A DNA stretch of 64,000 nucleotides from Eledone cirrhosa (taxonomy: Eukaryota): contig CAXHJY010000105.1 in assembly GCA_964016885.1 (NCBI GenBank), positions 310,001-374,000 on the forward strand. The letters run 5' to 3'. A program made the position numbers and the translations under genes. Each line of letters begins with the position of its first letter. Position 1 is the stretch's first letter. This document shows, in pieces, positions 25,801 through 36,814 of this stretch. The notes under the pieces are model-generated. The model did not search any database, was not told the origin of the DNA, and saw only the letters and a program-made list of their open reading frames with translations.

Positions 25801-28800
25801 TGGTGGTGTGGTAGTCAATGGTGGTGGTGGTGGTGGTAGTCAATGGTGGTGGTGGTGGTGTGGTAGTCAATGGTGGTGGTGGTGTGGTAGTCAATGGTGG
25901 TGGTGGTGGTGGTAGTCAATGGTGGTGGTGGTGGTGGTAGTCAATGGTGGTGGTGGTGGTGGTGTGGTAGTCAATGGTGGTGGTGGTGTGGTAGACAATG
26001 GTGGTGGTGGTGGTGTGGTAGTCAATGGTGGTGTTGGTGGTGTGGTAGTCAATGGTGGTGGTGGTGTGGTAGTCAATGGTGGTGGTGGTGTGGTAGACAA
26101 TGGTGGTGGTGGTGTGGTAGTCAATGGTGGTGGTGGTGTGGTAGTCAATGGTGGTGGTGGTGGTGTGGTAGTCAATGGTGGTGGTGGGGGTGTGGTAGTC
26201 AATGGTGGTGGTGTTGGTGTGGTAGTCAATGGTGGTGGTGGGGGTGTGGTAGTCAATGGTGGTGGTGTTGGTGTGGTAGTCAATGGTGGTGTTGGTGTGG
26301 TAGTCAATGGTGGTGGTGGTGGTGTGGTAGTCAATGGTGGTGGTGGTGTGGTAGTCAATGGTGGTGGTGGTGTGGTAGTCAATGGTGGTGGTGGTGGTGT
26401 GGTAGTCAATGGTGGTGGTGGTGGTGGTAGTCAATGGTGGAGGTGGTGGTGGTAGTCAATGGTGGTGGTGGTGGTGTGGTAGTCAATGGTGGTGGTGGTG
26501 TGGTAGTCAATGGTGGTGGTGGTGGTGTGGTAGTCAATGGTGGTGGTGGTGTGGTAGTCAATGGTGGTGGTGGTGTGGTAGTCAATGGTGGTGGTGGTGG
26601 TGTGGTAGTCAATGGTGGTGGTGGTGGTGTGGTAGACAATGGTGGTGGTGGTGGTGTGGTAGTAAATGGTGGTGGTGGTGTTGTGGTAGTCAATGGTGGT
26701 GGTGGTGGTGTGGTAGTAAATGGTGGTGGTGGTGGTGGTGGTAGTCAATGGTGGTGGTGGTGGTGGTAGTCAATGGTGGTGGTGGTGGTGTGGTAGTCAA
26801 TGGTGGTGGTGGTGGTGGTGGTAGTCAATGGTGGTGGTGGTGGTGTGGTAGTCAATGGTGGTGGTGGTGGTGAGGTAGTCAATGGTGATGGTGGTGGTGT
26901 GGTAGTCAATGGTGGTGGTGGTGGTGTGGTAGTCAATGGTGGTGTTGGTGGTGTGGTAGTCAATGGTGGTGGTGGTGTGGTAGTCAATGGTGGTGGTGGT
27001 GGTGTGGTAGTCAATGGTGGTGGTGGTGGTGTGGTAGTCAATGGTGGTGGTGGTGTGGTAGTCAATGGTGGTGGTGGTGGTGTGGTAGTCAATGGTGGTG
27101 GTGGTGGTGTGGTAGTCAATGGTGGTGGTGGTGTGGTAGTCAATGGTGGTGGTGGTGGTGTGGTAGTCAATGGTGGTGGTGGTGGTGTGGTAGTCAATGG
27201 TGGTGGTGGTGGTGTGGTAGTCAAAGGTGGTGGTGGTGGTGTGGTAGTCAATGGTGGTGGTGGTGGTGTGGTAGTCAATGGTGGTGGTGGTGGTGTGGTA
27301 GTCAATGGTGGTGGTGGTGGTGAGGTAGTCAATGGTGGTGGTGGTGTGGTAGTCAATGGTGGTGGTGGTGGTGGTGTGGTAGTCAATGGTGGTAGTGGTG
27401 GTGTGGTAGTCAAAGGTGGTGGTGGTGGTGTGGTAGTCAATGGTGGTAGTGGTGGTGTGGTAGTCAAAGGTGGTGGTGGTGGTGTGGTAGTCAAAGGTGG
27501 TGGTGGTGGTGTGGTAGTCAATGGTGGTGGTGGTGGTGTGGTAGTCAATGGTGGTGGTGGTGGTGAGGTAGTCAATGGTGGTGGTGGTGTGGTAGTCAAT
27601 GGTGGTAGTGGTGGTGTGGTAGTCAATGGTGGTGGTGGTGGTGTGGTAGTCAATGGTGGTGGTGGTGGTGTGGTAGTCAATGGTGGTGGTGGTGTGGTAG
27701 TCAATGGTGGTGGTGGTGTGGTAGTCAATGGTGGTGGTGGTGGTGGTGTGGTAGTCAATGGTGGTGGTGGTGGTGTGGTAGTCAATGGTGGTGGTGGTGG
27801 TGTGGTAGTCAATGGTGGTGGTGGTTGTGTGGTAGACAATGGTGGTGGTGGTGGTGTGGTAGTCAATGGTGGTGGTGGTGTGGTAGTCAATGGTGGTGGT
27901 GGTGGTGTGGTAGTCAATGGTGGTGGTGGTGGTGTGGTAGTCAATGGTGGTGGGGGTGTGCTAGTCAATGGTGGTGGTGGTGTGGTAGTCAATGGTGGTG
28001 GTGGTGGTGGTGGTAGTCAATGGTGGTGGTGGTGGTGTGGTAGTCAATGGTGGTGGTGGTGTGGTAGTCAATGGTGGTGGTGGTGTGGTAGTCAATGGTG
28101 GTGGTGGTGGTGTGGTAGTCAATGGTGGTGGTGGTGTGGTAGTCAATGGTGGTGGTGGTGATGTGGTAGTCAATGGTGGTGGTGGTGGTAGTGGTGGTGG
28201 TGGTGATGTGGTAGTCAATGGTGGTGCTGGTGGTGGTGATGTGGTAGTCAATGGTGCTGGTGGTGGTGGTGGTGTTGTGGTAGTCAATGGTGGTGGTGGT
28301 GGTGTGGTAGTCAATGGTGGTGGTGGTGAGGTAGTCAATGGTGGTGGTGGTGGTGGTGTGGTAGTCAATGATGGTGGTGGTGGTGGTGTGGTAGTCAATG
28401 GTGGTGTGGTAGTCAATGGTGGTGGTGGTGAGGTAGTCAATGGTGGTGGTGGTGTGGTAGTCAATGGTGGTGTGGTAGTCAATGGTGGTGGTGGTGAGGT
28501 AGTCAATGGTGGTGGTGGTGGTGGTAGTCAATGGTGGGGGTGGTGTGGTAGTCAATGGTGGTGGTGGTGGTGGTGTGGTAGTCAATGGTGGTGGTGGTGG
28601 TGGTGGTGTGGTAGTCAATGGTGGTGGTGGTGAGGTAGTCAATGGTGGTGGTGGTGTGGTAGTCAATGGTGGTGTGGTAGTCAATGGTGGTGGTGGTGAG
28701 GTAGTCAATGGTGGTGGTGGTGTGGTAGTCAATGGTGGTGGTGGTGGTGGTGTGCTAGTCAATTGTGGTGGTGGTGGTGTGGTAGTCAATGGTGGTGGTG

Positions 28801-31800
28801 GTGTAGTAGTCAATTGTGGTGTTGGTGTGGTAGTCAATGGTGGTGGTGGTGTGGTAGTAAATGGTGGTGGTGGTGGTGGTGTGGGTGTCAATGGTGGTGG
28901 TGGTGTGGTAGTCAATGGTGGTGGTGGTGGTGTGGTAGTCAATGGTGGTGGTGGTGGTGTGGTAGTCAATGGTGGTGGTGGTGGTGTGGTAGTCAATGGT
29001 GGTGGTGGTGGTGTGGTAGTCAATGGTGGTGGTGGTGGTGTGGTAGTCAATGGTGGTGGTGGTGGTGTGGTAGTCAATGGTGGTGGTGGTGGTGTGGTAG
29101 TCAATGGTGGTGGTGGTGGTGGTGGTGTGGTAGTCAATGGTGGTGGTGGTGGTGGTGTGGTAGTCAATGGTGGTGGTGGTGGTGGTGATGTGGTAGTCAA
29201 TGGTGGTGGTGGTGGTGGTGTGGTAGTCAATGGTGGTGGTGGTGATGTGGTAGTCAATGGTGGTGGTGGTGGTGGTGGTGGTGTGGTAGTCAATGGTGGT
29301 GGTGGTGGTGGTGTGGTAGTCAATGGTGGTGGTGGTGATGTGGTAGTCAATGGTGGTGGTGGTGGTGGTGTGGTAGTCAATGGTGGTGGTGGTGGTGGTG
29401 GTGTGGTAGTCAATGGTGGTGGTGGTGGTGGTGTGGTAGTCAATGGTGGTGGTGGTGGTGGTGTGGTAGTCAATGGTGGTGGTGGTGTGGTAGTCAATGG
29501 TGGTGGTGGTGGTGTGGTAATCAATGGTGGTGGTCGTGTGGTAGTCAATGGTGGTGGTGGTGGTGTGGTAGTCAATGGTGGTGGTGGTGGTGAGGTAGTC
29601 AATGGTGGTGGTGGTGGTGTGGTAGTCAATGGTGGTGGTGGTGGTGAGGTAGTCAATGGTGGTGGTGGTGGTGTGGTAGTCAATGGTGGTGGTGGTGAGG
29701 TAGTCAATGGTGGTGGTGGTGTGGTAGTCAATGGTGGTGGTGGTGTGGTAGTCAATGGTGGTGGTGGTGGTGGTGTGCTAGTCAATTGTGGTGGTGGTGG
29801 TGTGGAAGTCAATGGTGGTGGTGGTGTAGTAGTCAATTGTGGTGTTGGTGTGGTAGTCAATGGTGGTGGTGGTGTGGTAGTAAATGGTGGTGGTGGTGGT
29901 GGTGTGGTAGTCAATGGTGGTGGTGGTGGTGTGGTAGTCAATGGTGGTGGTGGTGTGGTAGTCAATGGTGGTGGTGGTGGTGGTGTGGTAGTCAATGGTG
30001 GTGGTGGTGGTGTGGTAGTCAATGGTGGTGGTGGTGTGGTAGTCAATGGTGGTGGTGGTGGTGTGGTAGTCAATGGTGGTGGTGGTGGTGTGGTAGTCAA
30101 TGGTGGTGGTGGGGGTGTGGTAGTCAATAGTGGTGGTGGTGGTGTGGTAGTCAATGGTGGTGGTGGTGGTGTGGTAGTCAATGGTGGTGGTGGTGGTGTG
30201 GTAGTCAATGGTGGTGGTGGTGGTGTGGTAGTCAATGGTGGTGGTGGTGGTGTGGTAGACAATGGTGGTGGTGGTGGTGTGGTAGTAAATGGTGGTGGTG
30301 GTGGTGTGGTAGTAAATGGTGGTGGTGTGGTAGTCAATGGTGGTGGTGGTGGTGTGGTAGTCAATTGTGGTGGTGGTGTGGTAGACAATGGTGGTGGTGG
30401 TGTGGTAGTCAATGGTGGTGGTGGTGTGGTAGTCAATGGTGGTGGTCGTGTGGTAGTCAATGGTGGTGGTGGTGGTGTGGTAGTCAATGGTGGTGGTGGT
30501 GGTGAGGTAGTCAATGGTGGTGGTGGTGGTGTGGTAGTCAATGGTGGTGGTGGTGGTGAGGTAGTCAATGGTGGTGGTGGTGGTGTGGTAGTCAATGGTG
30601 GTGGTGGTGAGGTAGTCAATGGTGGTGGTGGTGTGGTAGTCAATGGTGGTGGTGGTGTGGTAGTCAATGGTGGTGGTGGTGGTGGTGTGCTAGTCAATTG
30701 TGGTGGTGGTGGTGTGGTAGTCAATGGTGGTGGTGGTGTGGTAGTCAATTGTGGTGTTGGTGTGGTAGTCAATGGTGGTGGTGGTGTGGTAGTAAATGGT
30801 GGTGGTGGTGGTGGTGTGGTAGTCAATGGTGGTGGTGGTGTGGTAGTCAATGGTGGTGGTGGTGGTGGTGTGGTAGTCAATGGTGGTGGTGGTGGTGTGG
30901 TAGTCAATGGTGGTGGTGGTGTGGTAGTCAATGGTGGTGGTGGTGGTGTGGTAGTCAATGGTGGTGGTGGTGGTGTGGTAGTCAATGGTGGTGGTGGTGG
31001 TGTGGTAGTCAATGGTGGTGGTGGTGGTGTGGTAGTCAATGGTGGTGGTGGTGGTGTGGTAGTCAATGGTGGTGGTGGTGGTGTGGTAGTCAATGGTGGT
31101 GGTGGTGGTGTGGTAGTCAATGGTGGTGGTGGTGGTGTGGTAGTCAATGGTGGTGGTGGTGGTGTGGTAGTAAATGGTGGTGGTGGTGGTGGTGTGCTAG
31201 TCAATGGTGGTGGTGGTGGTGGTGTGGTAGTCAATGGTGGTGGTGGTGGTGTGGTAGTCAATGGTGGTGGTGGTGGTGTGGTAGTCAATGGTGGTGGTGG
31301 TGTGGTAGTCAATGGTGGTGGTGGTGGTGGTAGTCAATGGTGGTGGTGGTGGTGGTGTGGTAGTCAATGGTGGTGGTGGTGTGGTAGTCAATGGTGGTGG
31401 TGGTGGTGGTGGTAGTAAATGGTGGTGGTGGTGGTGTGGTAGTAAATGGTGGTGGTGTGGTAGTCAATGGTGGTGGTGGTGGTGGTGTGGTAGTAAATGG
31501 TGGTGGTGGTGGTGTGGTAGTCAATGGTGGTGGTGGTGGTGTGGTAGTAAATGGTGGTGGTGGTGGTGTGGTAGTCAATGGTGGTGGTGGTGGTGTGGTA
31601 GTCAATGGTGGTGGTGGTGGTGTGGTAGTCAATGGTGGTGGTGGTGTGGTAGTCAATGGTGGTGGTGGTGGTGGTGTGGTAGTCAATGGTGGTGGTGGTG
31701 GTGTGGTAGTCAATGGTGGTGGTGGTGGTGTGGTAGTCAATGGTGGTGGTGGTGGTGTGGTAGTAAATGGTGGTGGTGGTGGTGTGGTAGTCAATGGTGG

Positions 31801-34800
31801 TGGTGTGGTAGTAAATGGTGGTGGTGTGGTAGTCAATGGTGGTGGTGGTGGTGTGGTAGTCAATGGTGGTGGTGGTGGTGGTGGTGGTAGTCAATGGTGG
31901 TGGTGGTGGTGTGGTAGTCAATGGTGGTGGTGGTGGTGGTGTGGTAGTCAATGGTGGTGGTGGTGTGGTAGTCAATGGTGGTGGTGGTGTGGTAGTCAAT
32001 GGTGGTGGTGGTGGTGTGGTAGTCAATGGTGGTGGTGGTGGTGGTGTGGTAGTCAATGGTGGTGGTGGTGTGGTAGTCAATGGTGGTGGTGGGGGTGTGG
32101 TAGTCAATAGTGGTGGTGGTGGTGTGGTAGTCAATGGTGGTGGTGGTGGTGTGGTAGTCAATGGTGGTGGTGGTGGTGTGGTAGTCAATGGTGGTGGTGG
32201 TGGTGTGGTAGTCAATGGTGGTGGTGGTGGTGTGGTAGACAATGGTGGTGGTGGTGGTGTGGTAGTAAATGGTGGTGGTGGTGGTGTGGTAGTAAATGGT
32301 GGTGGTGTGGTAGTCAATGGTGGTGGTGGTGGTGTGGTAGTCAATTGTGGTGGTGGTGTGGTAGTCAATGGTGGTGGTGGTGGTGTGGTAGACAATGGTG
32401 GTGGTGGTGTGGTAGTCAATGGTGGTGGTGGTGTGGTAGTCAATGGTGGTGGTGGTGGTGTGGTAGTCAATGGTGGTGGTGGTGGTGTGGTAGACAATGG
32501 TGGTGGTGAGGTGGTGTGGTAGTAAATGGTGGTGGTGTGGTAGACAATGGTGGTGGTGGTGTGGTAGTAAATGGTGGTGGTGTGGTAGTCAATGGTGGTG
32601 GTGGTGTGGTAGACAATGGTGGTGGTGGTGGTGTGGTAGACAATGGTGGTGGTGGTGTGGTAGTCAATGGTGGTGGTGGTGTGGTAGTCAATGGAGGTGG
32701 TGGTGGTGTGGTAGTCAATGGTGGTGGTGGTGGTGGTGTGGTAGTCAATGGTGGTGGTGGTGGTGTGGTAGTCAATGGTGGTGGTGGTGGTGTGGTAGTC
32801 AATGGTGGTGGTGGTGGTGTGGTAGTCAATGGTGGTGGTGGTGGTGTGGTAGTCAATGGTGGTGGTGGTGTGGTAGTCAATGGTGGTGGTGGTGTGGTAG
32901 TCAATGGTGGTGGTGGTGGTGTGGTAGTCAATGGTGGTGGTGGTGTGGTAGTCAATGGTGGTGGTGGTGGTGTGGTAGTCAATGGTGGTGGTGGTGGTGT
33001 GGTAGTCAATGGTGGTGGTGGTGGTGTGGTAGTCAATGGTGGTGGTGGTGTGGTAGTCAATGGTGGTGGTGGTGTGGTAGTCAATGGTGGTGGTGGTGGT
33101 GTGGTAGTCAATGGTGGTGGTGGTGGTGGTGGTAGTCAATGGTGGTGGTGGTGGTGTGGTAGACAATGGTGGTGGTGGTGGTGTGGTAGTCAATGGTGGT
33201 GGTGTGGTAGTCAATGGTGGTGGTGGTGGTGGTGGTAGTCAATGGTGGTGGTGGTGGTGTGGTAGACAATGGTGGTGGTGGTGGTGTGGTAGTCAATGGT
33301 GGTGTTGGTGGTGTGGTAGTCAATGGTGGTGGTGGTGGTGAGGTAGTCAATGGTGGTGGTGGTGGTGTGGTAGTCAATGGTGGTGGTGGTGTGGTAGTCA
33401 ATGGTGGTGGTGGTGGTGTGGTAGTCAATGGTGGTGGTGGTGGTGTGGTAGTCAATGGTGGTGGTGGTGGTGTGGTAGTCAATGGTGGTGGTGGTGGTGA
33501 GGTAGTCAATGGTGGTGGTGGTGGTGTGGTAGTCAATGGTGGTGGTGGTGGTGTGGTAGTCAATGGTGGTGGTGGTGGTGTGGTAGTCAATGGTGGTGGT
33601 GGTGTGGTAGTCAATAGTGGTGGTGGTGGTGTGGTAGTCAATGGTGGTGGTGGTGTGGTAGTCAATGGTGGTGGTGGTGGTGTGGTAGTCAATGGTGGTG
33701 GTGGTGGTGGTGTGGTAGACAATGGTGGTGGTGGTGAGGTAGTCAATGGTGGTGGTGGTGGTGTGGTAGTCAATGGTGGTGGTGGTGGTGAGGTAGTCAA
33801 TGGTGGTGGTGGTGGTGTGGTAGTCAATGGTGGTGGTGGTGGTGTGGTAGTCAATGGTGGTGGTGGTGGTGTGGTAGTCAATGGTGGTGGTGGTGTGGTA
33901 GTCAATGGTGGTGGTGGTGGTGTGGTAGTCAATGGTGGTGGTGGTGGTGGTGTGGTAGTCAATGGTGGTGGTGGTGGTGTGGTAGTCAATGGTGGTGGTG
34001 GTGTGGTAGTCAATGGTGGTGGTGGTGGTGTGGTAGTCAATGGTGGTGGTGGTGGTGTGGTAGTCAATGGTGGTGGTGGTGGTGTGGTAGTCAATGGTGG
34101 TGGTGGTGGTGTGGTAGTCAATGGTGGTGGTGGTGGTGGTGTGGTAGTCAATGGTGGTGGTGGTGGTGTGGTAGTCAATGGTGGTGGTGGTGGTGGTGTG
34201 GTAGTCAATGGTGGTGGTGGTGGTGTGGTAGTCAATGGTGGTGGTGGTGTGGTAGTCAATGGTGGTGGTGGTGTGGTAGTCAATGGTGGTGGTGGTGTGG
34301 TAGTCAATGGTGGTGGTGGTGGTGTGGTAGTCAATGGTGGTGGTGGTGTGGTAGTCAATGGTGGTGGTGGTGATGTGGTAGTCAATGGTGGTGGTGGTGG
34401 TGTGGTAGTCAATGGTGGTGGTGGTGGTGAGGTAGTCAATGGTGGTGGTGGTGGTGTGGCAGTCAATGGTGGTGGTGGTGGTGTGGTAGTCAATGGTGGT
34501 GGTGGGGGTGGTGGTAGTCAATGGTGGTGGTGTGGTAGTCAATGGTGGTGGTGGTGGTGTGCTATTCAATGGTGGTGGTGGTGGTGTGCTAGTCAATGGT
34601 GGTGGTGGTGGTAGTCAATGGTGGTGGTGGTGGTGTGGTAGTCAATGGTGGTGGTGGTGTGCTAGTCAATGGTGGTGGTGGTGGTGGTGGTAGTCAATGG
34701 TGGTGGTGGTGGTGTGGTAGTCAATGGTGGTGGTGGTGGTGTGCTAGTCAATGGTGGTGGTGGTGGTGGTGGTAGTCAATGGTGGTGGTTGTGGTGTGGT

Positions 34801-35500
34801 AGTCAATGGTGGTGGTTGTGGTGTGGTAGTCAATGGTGGTGGTGGTGGTGTGGTAGTCAATGGTGGTGGTGGTGGTGTGGTAGTCAATGGTGGTGGTGGT
34901 GGTGTGGTAGTCAATGGTGGTGGTGGTGGTGTGCTAGTCAATGGTGGTGGTGGTGTGGTAGTCAATGGTGGTGGTGGTGTGGTAGTCAATGGTGGTGGTG
35001 GTGGTGTGGTAGTCAATGGTGGTGGTGGTGGTGTGCTAGTCAATGGTGGTGGTGGTGTGGTAGTCAATGGTGGTGGTGGTGTGGTAGTCAATGGTGGTGG
35101 TGGTGGTGGTGTGGTAGTCAATGGTGGTGGTGGTGGTGTGGTAGTCAATGGTGGTGGTGGGGGTGTGGTAGTCAATGGTGGTGGTGGTGGTGGTGGTGTG
35201 CTAGTCAATGGTGGTGGTGTGGTAGTCAATGGTGGTGGTGATGTGGTAGTCAATGGTGGTGGTGGTGGTGTGGTAGTCAATGGTGGTGGTGGTGTGGTAG
35301 TCAATGGTGGTGGTGGTGGTGTGGTAGTCAATGGTGGTGGTGGTGGTGTGGTAGTCAATGGTGGTGGTGGTGGTGTGGTAGTCAATGGTGGTGGTGGTGG
35401 TGGTGGTGTGGTAGTCAATGGTGGTGGTGGTGGTGGTGGTGTGGTAGTCAATGGTGGTGGTGATGTGGTAGTCAATGGTGGTGGTGGTGGTGGTGGTGGT
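13897..35500. repeat. 21.6-kb compound micro/minisatellite [(GGT)n GTG GTA GTC AAT], roughly 800 units, filling the HSD3B intron
   Basis: Directly visible. A constant GTGGTAGTCAAT spacer separates GGT runs of variable length (mostly 4-6). Lies between the donor at 13543 and the acceptor at 35974. Confidence 0.98.
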
Positions 35501-35710
35501 AGAATCATTAAACAGATGAGATGCTTTGCTTCTTTATTTCTTCTGCTTTACATTGAGTTCAAATCCCAGTCAAGTCAACTTTGCTTTTTATCCCTTCATA
35601 AGTTGATAAAATATAGTACCAGTCAAATACTGGGGTCGATATAATTGGACCCCCCCCCCCCCCAATTGCTGGCCTTAGGCCTAAATTAGAAACCATTATT
35701 ATTATTATTG
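35500..35710 (+). mobile_element. SINE copy 1 with (ATT)n tail
   Basis: GAGTTCAAATCC B-box-like motif, body CAACTTTGCTTTTTATCCC...AGTACCAGT...CTGGGGTCGAT...CCCCAATTGCTGGCCTT, then AGAAACC(ATT)n. Homologous to the adjacent copy. Confidence 0.75.
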
Positions 35711-35928
35711 CTGAAAGTATCGGTAGAGCATCAAAGACCATGCTTTGTGACATAGTTACAACCCTTTCAGTTCTGAGTTCAAATCCCGCCAAGGTTAACT
35801 TTGCCTTTTATCCTTACAGGTTTGATAAATAAAGTACCAGTAATGTACTGGGATTTATTTAATCAACTTCGCCTCCCCTAAAATTGTTGGCCTTGTGCCT
35901 AAAGTAGAAACCATTATTATTATTATTA
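35711..35928 (+). mobile_element. SINE copy 2 (same family, tandem) with (ATT)n tail
   Basis: CTGAGTTCAAATCCCGCCAAGGTTAACTTTGCCTTTTATCC...AAAGTACCAGT...AAATTGTTGGCCTTGTGCCTAAAGTAGAAACC(ATT)n, colinear with copy 1. Confidence 0.75.
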
Positions 35929-35974
35929 TGAAAGCTATGAATGCCATCTTAATTTTTTCCTTATTCTCCGACAG

Positions 35975-36537
35975 GTGATTGTCTGAGGACTATTTCACTG
36001 CGTCCCAATGTCATGTATGGTGAAGGTGACCCATTCCTTATTCCTTCAGCACTTCAGTCAGCACACAAATCAGGTGGATGGTCAGTTTGTGTTGGAAATG
36101 GTAAAGCTATTTTCCAGGTATCCTATGTTGGAAATGTGGCCTGGGCATTCCTTGCTGCTAATCAAGCTCTCCGCAACACCAAACTGAAAAACTTAGGGGG
36201 CCGTTGTTTCTTCGTACCAGATGACACACCTTTAGCCAGTATATACACAACCCTTAAACCATATCTTTATGACCGTGGGTTCAAACTCATGCCAATATAT
36301 ATCCCTTATTGGTTAATACATGGCCTCCTCTATGTCAGAGATCTATTTCTCTGGATGATCTCACCCCTTGTTAAAATCAATGCACAGCCCCCTATCTGTA
36401 GTATTAAATACATCAACATGACACTAACCTTCAAAAACAACAAAGCAGTGACATATTTAGGCTACAAACCATTATATAATGCTGAGGAATCGTTGCAGAG
36501 GTCTCGGGAATATTATAAGAAAATAAAACTTGATTGA
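35975..36537 (+). CDS. HSD3B: 3-beta-hydroxysteroid dehydrogenase family; terminal coding exon
   Basis: Acceptor TTTTTTCCTTATTCTCCGACAG|GT is phase 1, matching the donor at 13542. Translation (G)DCLRTISLRPNVMYGEGD...QVSYVGNVAWAF...GGRCFFVPDDTP...LGYKPLY...KLD* contains the family motifs LRPxxxYGEG, YVGNVAWA, DDTP and LGYxP. In frame with ORF 36013..36537. Confidence 0.93.
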
Positions 36538-36654
36538 ATTTACTGTTGTTGTGGTTGATGTTGTATGAGGAATGATAGTGGCTGATGTCACACACACACA
36601 TATGTATATGTATGTAATATATATATACACACAGGCATCACATGACAATACCAG

Positions 36655-36795
36655 AGGAGATTGCATTGGTAGGGTGATGTGATGCGTATGAAGGATGACA
36701 GTTGTATAAAAAGGTGAAGGACGATCGAAGTAGATGGAAACTATGGAGTAGGAAGTCCTGGGACAAGGTGATAAAAGCTGACTTCACCAGTCTGG
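36655..36795 (+). mobile_element. Degenerate RTE-like LINE ORF C-terminal fragment
   Basis: RLHW*GDVMRMKDDSCIKR...RKSWDKVIKAD resembles the RTE-clade terminus RLRWxGHVxRM...RKTWxxxVxxD. Contains a stop and a frameshift. Confidence 0.55.
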
Positions 36796-36814
36796 AACCC
36801 CTATCTTGTCAAGA

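Noticed and set aside
13897-35500. Telomeric repeat or chromosome end
   Set aside because: There are no TTAGGG or TTAGG tandem units, and the array is flanked by exons of one gene.
13879-35644. Extensin/mucin-like (PPPPLTTT), Gly/Val-rich and poly-Trp ORFs
   Set aside because: These are translations of the GGT array with no synonymous-site variation and frequent frameshifts, with ORFs open on both strands at once.
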